DNA from: an uncultured virus (IMG/VR IMGVR_UViG_3300010048_000003)
Taxonomy: Duplodnaviria; Heunggongvirae; Uroviricota; Caudoviricetes
Virus record (IMG/VR): IMGVR_UViG_3300010048_000003
Reading direction: 5' to 3' (one strand)
Length of the DNA stretch: 64,000 nt
Shown here: in pieces, positions 58,577 to 64,000 of the stretch
Layout: every line of letters begins with the position of its first letter
Numbering within the stretch: position 1 is the first letter of the stretch
The notes under the pieces: generated by a model
Database searches by the model: none
Told to the model about the DNA's origin: nothing
Seen by the model: the letters and a program-made list of their open reading frames with translations, nothing else
Made by a program: the position numbers and the translations under genes

Positions 58577-60822
58577 TTATCAGGATCGAGAACCCATATC
58601 TCATCTACCGTGATAGGCGTGCCGAATCCGGAGATCCGGTTGCCGGATATGATGACTACATCATGATTGATCTTGATTGTCCCTAGCTTGCCCTGGATAG
58701 TCGGGAACCGGAACCGGTTGACCCTAGCATATACCTCTTCGTCGCCTACATCGTAGCAGTGTAGGGTAGCTCGTTTGATGAGGTCAGGGCGCTTGATGGT
58801 CTTGAGGATCTCCTCCACTTCCTTGCCGGTACGGGACCGTTCGTCTTCGACTATGTCTTTGTACTCGACCTTTCTGACCATCCCCATATAGATGACTTGC
58901 TTACCGAATCGCCAGATCTTGTGGGTATGATGTTGGTCTACTGTCATCGCGGCGAGCTGATCCCCGCTATGCGTCGGGAGGGGAGCGAGTCCCTTGCCCG
59001 GACCCCTGAGGAATCGCCTGACCGACGATAGGCGCTTCTCCGTCCGGTACAGCCCGAATGGGTCTTTCGCTAGCGTCCACTCCTCCATACGGGCGATAGT
59101 CTTGTCGCCTAGGCCGGGAATCGCCTTGAGTTCAATCCAGTCATCGAATCCATAGTGACCACCGAATGCCTCTATGCGTTCTGCGATTGCCGGGCCGACC
59201 TTTGGCATCTGACGCCATCCGGCGACTAGCCCGACATTCGGCACTGCTTGCCAGGTGGCGCGGGATAGCTGTAGTGATGGCGGCTTAACGTCTATGCTAT
59301 GAGCTAGGGCGTCACGCATAAGACGGAACTGAGTGTCGGCTACTGTGGCTTTTGCCAGGCTCGCCGCGTAGAACTCGACTGGATAGTTTGCCTTTAGCCA
59401 TGCCGTCCAGAATGCTAGCATCGAGTAGGATACTGCGTGCGCGATATTGAAGGCATAAGTGCCGGAGGTTACGAGCCGGTTCCAGATCTTCTCGGCCATC
59501 TCCCGGTCGATGTTGTGGAGTCGTTTCGCACCCTCTGCGAACTCATCGAAGTTCTGCTGGAATGCGGCTTGGCCTGCTTTCTTCGCGATGATGCGCCGGA
59601 TGTGGTGGACGTTCGTCCAGGACAGATCCCCTACCTCTTTGAGACAGCGGAGGATATGTTCCTGGTAGATCATTTGTCCGTAGGTGTCCTTCGTGATCTC
59701 ATCCACGATGGGGTGTAGAGGGGTAGCTCGTTTACGACCGTGACGTACTTCGATGTACTCTGCGGTCTGTCCGGAAAACAAAGGGCCAGGACGCGATAGC
59801 GCATTGATGTCCGTGATATGCATGAAGTGATCTGGATGAACGTCTCGGTTGACAAGCCGAGTAGCTCTACCTTCAAACTGAAATACTCCCACGACGTCTC
59901 CAGAGCGGAATATCTCGATTGCTCTAGGATCAGTATCCGGTATGGCATATAGATCCTCCAGAGTTAGTCCGGTCATCCGGAGACAACGAGAGATCATCCC
60001 CATAGTCGATAGGCCCAGGAAGTCTAGCTTGAGAACGCCGACATACTCGGCGTCATACTTGTCGATTGAGAGTACACGCTCTCCGTCCTTCTCGTATACC
60101 GCGCAGACGTCGGTGAGCGGAGAGTTGGCTACCATTAGGCCGCAAGCATGGACGGACATTCCGCGTACGTCGCTCTCTAGGCGACTTGCTTTTGCGAGGT
60201 CAGGGTACTCATCAAGGACTGCCTTCGCAGCCGGGAACATCTCAAAAGTGTCTTCGAGCGTAGCGTCGGCTCGCGAGTCGCCACCCGACCTCTCTATGGC
60301 TAGATTCGCTACTGCTTCTTTTGCGTAGAGCGGTATGCGATAGACAGTCGAAACGTCAGCAAGACTATTCTTGGCACGGTACCGGACGAAGTTGCCTATG
60401 TGGCCGACACATTCCGCACCGTACTTGTAGGCGATGTAGTCATAGACCTTGAAGCGTTCTTCGTCAGAACAGTCGACGTCGATGTCGGGCGGGTCGTGTC
60501 GGGTAACGTCAAGGAATCGTTCAAAGATCATACCCGGATACTTCCATGGATTGATCTCGGTGATCCTTGTCATATAGGCTACGTCGGACGCGGCGGTGCT
60601 GCCCCGGCCGGGGCCTATCGCTACATCATTGTCCTTAGCCCAGCGGATCGTGTCGGAGGTGAATAGCATGAAGTCGGCTAGGTCTTTGCCGAGGATCATA
60701 TCCATCTCTCGGCGGATTCGCGCGCCGTGCCAGTCCTGTTCGACCTGCGGTAGCCTGCCTATTCGGCGATAGTTCCAGCCCTGTCGAAGCCAGTACCACA
60801 ATAGATCATCAGAGTCGCTCAT
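58573..60822 (-). CDS. dnaE: DNA polymerase III alpha, polymerase part of a split gene
   Basis: GPGRGS, PDIDVD, SVHACG, LKLDFLGL, YQE, YAFNIAHA. Confidence 0.92.
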   Translation of the reverse strand: MSDSDDLLWYWLRQGWNYRRIGRLPQVEQDWHGARIRREMDMILGKDLADFMLFTSDTIRWAKDNDVAIGPGRGSTAASDVAYMTRITEINPWKYPGMIFERFLDVTRHDPPDIDVDCSDEERFKVYDYIAYKYGAECVGHIGNFVRYRAKNSLADVSTVYRIPLYAKEAVANLAIERSGGDSRADATLEDTFEMFPAAKAVLDEYPDLAKASRLESDVRGMSVHACGLMVANSPLTDVCAVYEKDGERVLSIDKYDAEYVGVLKLDFLGLSTMGMISRCLRMTGLTLEDLYAIPDTDPRAIEIFRSGDVVGVFQFEGRATRLVNRDVHPDHFMHITDINALSRPGPLFSGQTAEYIEVRHGRKRATPLHPIVDEITKDTYGQMIYQEHILRCLKEVGDLSWTNVHHIRRIIAKKAGQAAFQQNFDEFAEGAKRLHNIDREMAEKIWNRLVTSGTYAFNIAHAVSYSMLAFWTAWLKANYPVEFYAASLAKATVADTQFRLMRDALAHSIDVKPPSLQLSRATWQAVPNVGLVAGWRQMPKVGPAIAERIEAFGGHYGFDDWIELKAIPGLGDKTIARMEEWTLAKDPFGLYRTEKRLSSVRRFLRGPGKGLAPLPTHSGDQLAAMTVDQHHTHKIWRFGKQVIYMGMVRKVEYKDIVEDERSRTGKEVEEILKTIKRPDLIKRATLHCYDVGDEEVYARVNRFRFPTIQGKLGTIKINHDVVIISGNRISGFGTPITVDEIWVLDPDN

Positions 60823-61001
60823 ATAATTTCCCAGCTTCCATGGAATGCGTTAAAGAACCAGTCATTCCGGCCGTATAGGGAAAGCTCATTGAAAAGAAAT
60901 TCATGATCCATCTCGTCACTGTAGCCGGTATCGATGATGTAGAAACCGCATATCGCACAGAGGCCGACGACATGACTGATGTAGATGTCCTGCTTCACCA
61001 T
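60819..61001 (-). CDS. Small ORF inserted between the two dnaE parts
   Basis: Overlaps both neighbours; CAICG. Confidence 0.55.
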   Translation of the reverse strand: MVKQDIYISHVVGLCAICGFYIIDTGYSDEMDHEFLFNELSLYGRNDWFFNAFHGSWEII

Positions 61002-61942
61002 GGCTCCCAGTCGGAGTCTTTGATTGGGTAGGTAAGTCGTTCTGCCTTTGGCAGGGTTACCGTACATTGCTCGGCTATGCGCTCAGTATTGAGGATAGCC
61101 TCCCATGCTGCGGCGCGGGATAGGCCGGTCTTCATCAGGCGTTCGCCGAGTTGCTTGTCGGACTCGGGGAACGTCATAGGGACGTCATAGTTCCAGGCGC
61201 GTAGTGCGTCGTCTATGGATTGGTTCTTTCGGTGTACTGCGTGGAGTATAGCCTGCATCTCAGAATCTGCTGGTCTGGGGTAGTGGACATCACACGTTGC
61301 GACAAGTGGAACTCCAGTCTCCCGGCTGAGACGTTCGTAAGCTGGATTGATGCGGCAGGTCTTTTCAAGCTCGTAGAAGGGCTGGACTTCGAGGTAGTAA
61401 TTGGCCCCAAATAGAGAGGCAAAACGGCGGATGACGCGTCGTGCGTCATCCCATCCATAACCGTCTCTAGACGTGGGATCGGCGATCCCCTTGCCTCCGA
61501 CAAGAGCGCATGCGAGCATGCTACCAGTGCATCCTGAAAGTACGACAAGATTCTCGTGATTGTCGACCAGATTCTGTCCAGAAACTGTCGGATGGTAGTG
61601 ATGATCTCGCCAAGACTGTGTGACAAGGCGGTTGAGGTTTCGGTATCCATTTGCGTTCTCCGCGAGGATCGTGAGGTGATACTTCCATTGGCTACGGTTT
61701 TCGCCTACCGGCCCGCAGTACGCCTCTAGCCCAAATATCGGCTTCAGCCCTAGCTTCAGGGCGGCCTGCTCGAACTGGAAGTGACTAGACGTACCGCCAT
61801 GCTCTGTAAGGGCTTGCGCGGTATAGCCTAGCTCTACAGCCCGCGCTACGTGGATAGCTGGTAGCTTGTGGCCATCACCGTGACTGAAGGTCGAATGGTG
61901 TAAGTGGTGAAGTGATACGTAGCGTATCTTGTTCTTCACCAT
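60995..61942 (-). CDS. dnaE: DNA polymerase III alpha, PHP domain of a split gene
   Basis: HSTFS.GDG, ALTEHG, KPIFGLEAY, HLTILA, TCDVHY. Confidence 0.9.
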   Translation of the reverse strand: MVKNKIRYVSLHHLHHSTFSHGDGHKLPAIHVARAVELGYTAQALTEHGGTSSHFQFEQAALKLGLKPIFGLEAYCGPVGENRSQWKYHLTILAENANGYRNLNRLVTQSWRDHHYHPTVSGQNLVDNHENLVVLSGCTGSMLACALVGGKGIADPTSRDGYGWDDARRVIRRFASLFGANYYLEVQPFYELEKTCRINPAYERLSRETGVPLVATCDVHYPRPADSEMQAILHAVHRKNQSIDDALRAWNYDVPMTFPESDKQLGERLMKTGLSRAAAWEAILNTERIAEQCTVTLPKAERLTYPIKDSDWEPW

Positions 61943-62070
61943 AGATCACCTCCGGATATATGATATGGCGGTTCGGACAAAGCTATTGACAGTACCAATA
62001 GCAGTAGTAGTAGTGCTAGGATGATACCCGAGACTAGTATATCGCGCCAGTCGTACGTACGTCTAGTCAT
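61936..62070 (-). CDS. 44-aa single-pass membrane protein
   Basis: Manual translation MTRRTYDWRDILVSGIILALLLLLLVLSIAL...; overlaps both neighbours. Confidence 0.55.
   Translation of the reverse strand: MTRRTYDWRDILVSGIILALLLLLLVLSIALSEPPYHISGGDLW
62036..62065 (-). promoter_or_regulatory. Possible promoter for dnaE
   Basis: TAGACG-N18-TATACT. Confidence 0.5.
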
Positions 62071-62615
62071 AAGATGACTCCATTCGGCCTGAACTTTCCG
62101 ATCAGAGAGACCATGGTACGGGCTTGTGGCTCGGCCATCTCTAGGCGATCTGCCAGGGAGTGGTAGTAAACCTGGTCGAGCCGTGCTACGCAGATGACGT
62201 CAAGGATTGCCTGGGCGTGTTCGCGTGCATCCTTGAAGTCCCACTGTCCGACTTCGACACCGCGCAGGATGATTACTAGGAATGGCTGTTTGGTCCGCTG
62301 ACTAATGCCGGGGATTAGCTCTAGCGGCGTGCCGGTATCCGGTAGGTGACGGTATGGCCGGAAGTTGTCCGCGATAAACCGCGCAGCAGTTGTCTCGCTG
62401 ATATCTGCTGCCTTCATCTGGGCGAGGATAGATGCCTCGTACTCGGCAATATGGGCAACCTCCAGTATCGCAAGTGAGTACTGGAGTGCCTCTTCGTCGG
62501 TAAGGGTGATCGAGTCGTCCGGCGTAAAGTCCAGAGTGACGTTGTACGAGCCGCCCGGCAATAGCTCGCTCTTGACCCAGATAGAGCCTTCGCTTGTGTT
62601 GTTTTTCTTGTTCAC
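62067..62615 (-). CDS. Hypothetical protein
   Basis: GTGA-coupled ORF. Confidence 0.6.
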   Translation of the reverse strand: MNKKNNTSEGSIWVKSELLPGGSYNVTLDFTPDDSITLTDEEALQYSLAILEVAHIAEYEASILAQMKAADISETTAARFIADNFRPYRHLPDTGTPLELIPGISQRTKQPFLVIILRGVEVGQWDFKDAREHAQAILDVICVARLDQVYYHSLADRLEMAEPQARTMVSLIGKFRPNGVIL

Positions 62616-62977
62616 CCTGGGTCCCCCATCTCGCCCCACTTCGGGCCGTGATTCTTCAAGCGCATGTAGAACCCCGCGAAGTTGATAAGGTCTACTGCGC
62701 CGTTCTCGTAGTACTCGTTGCGCTCCCAGCTGAAAAGCCGGAGCCGGAATGCGTTGTCCATGATGTCATGAACGAGTCCTTTCCAGCCGCGTTTCATCCA
62801 GAAGAACTTGGCGTCTTCGTCATCCTCCTGTCGGAAGTAGCCGCGCTTACAGATGATAGCTAGGGCTTCTGTGAATGGGCCGGAGAGCTGTTCGATGGCA
62901 TCGAGGTTTGGGTCAAGACCTACGTCCGTAAGGTACTTGAATGCCGCGTCGCGAGTCAGTTCCTGTCTACTGCTCAT
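62612..62977 (-). CDS. All-alpha nucleotide-modification-associated protein (DUF1599/MazG-like)
   Basis: W..RGWKGLV.DI.D...RL...AVDLINFA pattern; near thyX. Confidence 0.55.
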   Translation of the reverse strand: MSSRQELTRDAAFKYLTDVGLDPNLDAIEQLSGPFTEALAIICKRGYFRQEDDEDAKFFWMKRGWKGLVHDIMDNAFRLRLFSWERNEYYENGAVDLINFAGFYMRLKNHGPKWGEMGDPG

Positions 62978-63308
62978 GATCCTTTCCTTTCTGTAGGATT
63001 TGTTGGAGCGTCCATGTCCCCTTGAGTTCGATGGTTTGCGGGATTTCGCAGACACGGCACCTCACAAGTACGATAGTCACTGCCGGAGTACGGAGCTGAG
63101 GGTGATTGCTGAAGACGGGGTGCCAGATGTCGAGCGTTTCCCACTTGTGTACGTGAGAGTTTGGCGTATCGGCATCGATCGGGGCGAATGGGCCGGTAGT
63201 AGGCTCTGGCGCGGGGTTGGGTTTCTTGTCGTGCGGGCTATCGCCAAAGTCTTGTCCAGGTGGCATGTAGTTTTGCTCCATTTCTTCGTGGCTAGTCCAG
63301 TCAGACAT
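62967..63308 (-). CDS. Hypothetical protein
   Basis: HVHKW...CRVC. Confidence 0.55.
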   Translation of the reverse strand: MSDWTSHEEMEQNYMPPGQDFGDSPHDKKPNPAPEPTTGPFAPIDADTPNSHVHKWETLDIWHPVFSNHPQLRTPAVTIVLVRCRVCEIPQTIELKGTWTLQQILQKGKDHEQ

Positions 63309-64000
63309 TCGGAGACTTCCGAGCTGCGTTATGCTGGAGGGGTTCGAGCGGGTTGATGTCGGTCCAGGTGTCCGGGGGATCTCCGGCTGCCGAGTGTGCG
63401 TTCACACGGTCGCGGATGACGCACCACCGGTCGATCGGGGAGTTGAAGCCGCAGCTGCCGGTCTGGTAGCAGATCGGCTTGAATAGTTTCGCGATAGCCG
63501 CCTGCTGCCATCTTTCCTCGGGCGGCCCATAGTTGAGGATGGCCCGGATCATTTCGGCCCAGACCAACTTCCATTCGGACTGAGCCTGGGAGCAGAGCCG
63601 GTTCCCTGACTGGGCTACTAGGTTCCGGAGGTCGGTGTGGTAGTGGACTCTTGTCGTGATGTTCGTCGGGAGTAGGCCGCGCGCATCTTCGGCGGGCATC
63701 CCGTCATTCACGAGCTGGTTGTACGCTCGGCCTACGGTAGCGACGGTATCATTCCAGATGACGCGCCAGGGATGGTCGTCGGCCTTTCCCTCCAGGCTCG
63801 GCGGCTCGGCTACTTCCCAGGCAGCGTTTTCCTTGACCGCGAAGCGCATGGACTCCTGAACGAACACGGCTGTACGCTGCCGGACAAGCTGGTGCGTAAA
63901 GGCCCGCGTCACGCCGTCGATGAAGAAGTGGAGATTGATGAACTCCAGCGGCGCAGAAATCTTGCTCTTCTTGAAGCCGTCGAGCCATTCGAGTGCCTGA
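63301..64000 (-). CDS. thyX: ThyX-like flavin-dependent thymidylate synthase (5' end outside the window)
   Basis: APLEF..F.IDGVTRAFTHQLVRQR-x7-SMRF, EDARGLLP, RLC..AQ.EW. Confidence 0.85.
   Translation of the reverse strand, partial: QALEWLDGFKKSKISAPLEFINLHFFIDGVTRAFTHQLVRQRTAVFVQESMRFAVKENAAWEVAEPPSLEGKADDHPWRVIWNDTVATVGRAYNQLVNDGMPAEDARGLLPTNITTRVHYHTDLRNLVAQSGNRLCSQAQSEWKLVWAEMIRAILNYGPPEERWQQAAIAKLFKPICYQTGSCGFNSPIDRWCVIRDRVNAHSAAGDPPDTWTDINPLEPLQHNAARKSPNV

Noticed and set aside
60823..60994. Intron or intein in dnaE
   Set aside because: No intein splice residues and no recognisable group I/II core; the interval is a coupled ORF
1..64000. tRNA genes, integrase or repressor, and the many antisense ORFs in the track
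   Set aside because: No cloverleaf or recombinase motifs were seen by eye. The antisense ORFs are shadows of real genes in GC-rich DNA.

Overview
The window looks like almost an entire circularly permuted actinobacteriophage (siphovirus) genome. Both ends fall in the same leftward replication and nucleotide-modification operon. Layout: leftward DNA metabolism and early genes (1-21.7 kb and 57.7-64 kb), a non-coding control region with repeat arrays (21.7-23.2 kb), primase-polymerase, helicase and a probable origin (25.8-28.1 kb), then rightward packaging, head, tail and lysis genes (28.5-57.5 kb). I see no integrase, tRNA or CRISPR array. Two signals stand out. (1) About 1 kb around the first early gene is purged of the CA/TG dinucleotide except in unavoidable codons. 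All ~17 sigma70-like promoters also have CA/TG-free hexamers. The phage carries a divergent ThyX, a TET-associated-type glycosyltransferase, a UGM-like flavoenzyme and nucleotide-pool enzymes. Together these suggest CA/TG-context DNA hypermodification with modification-free landing zones for host RNA polymerase. (2) The rare TTA codon appears to be used for recoding. Matched-codon bypass sites lie in the terminase and DnaE genes, and in-frame TTA codons sit where stop codons would be at five gene junctions. All counts and family calls were made by eye, without database searches.
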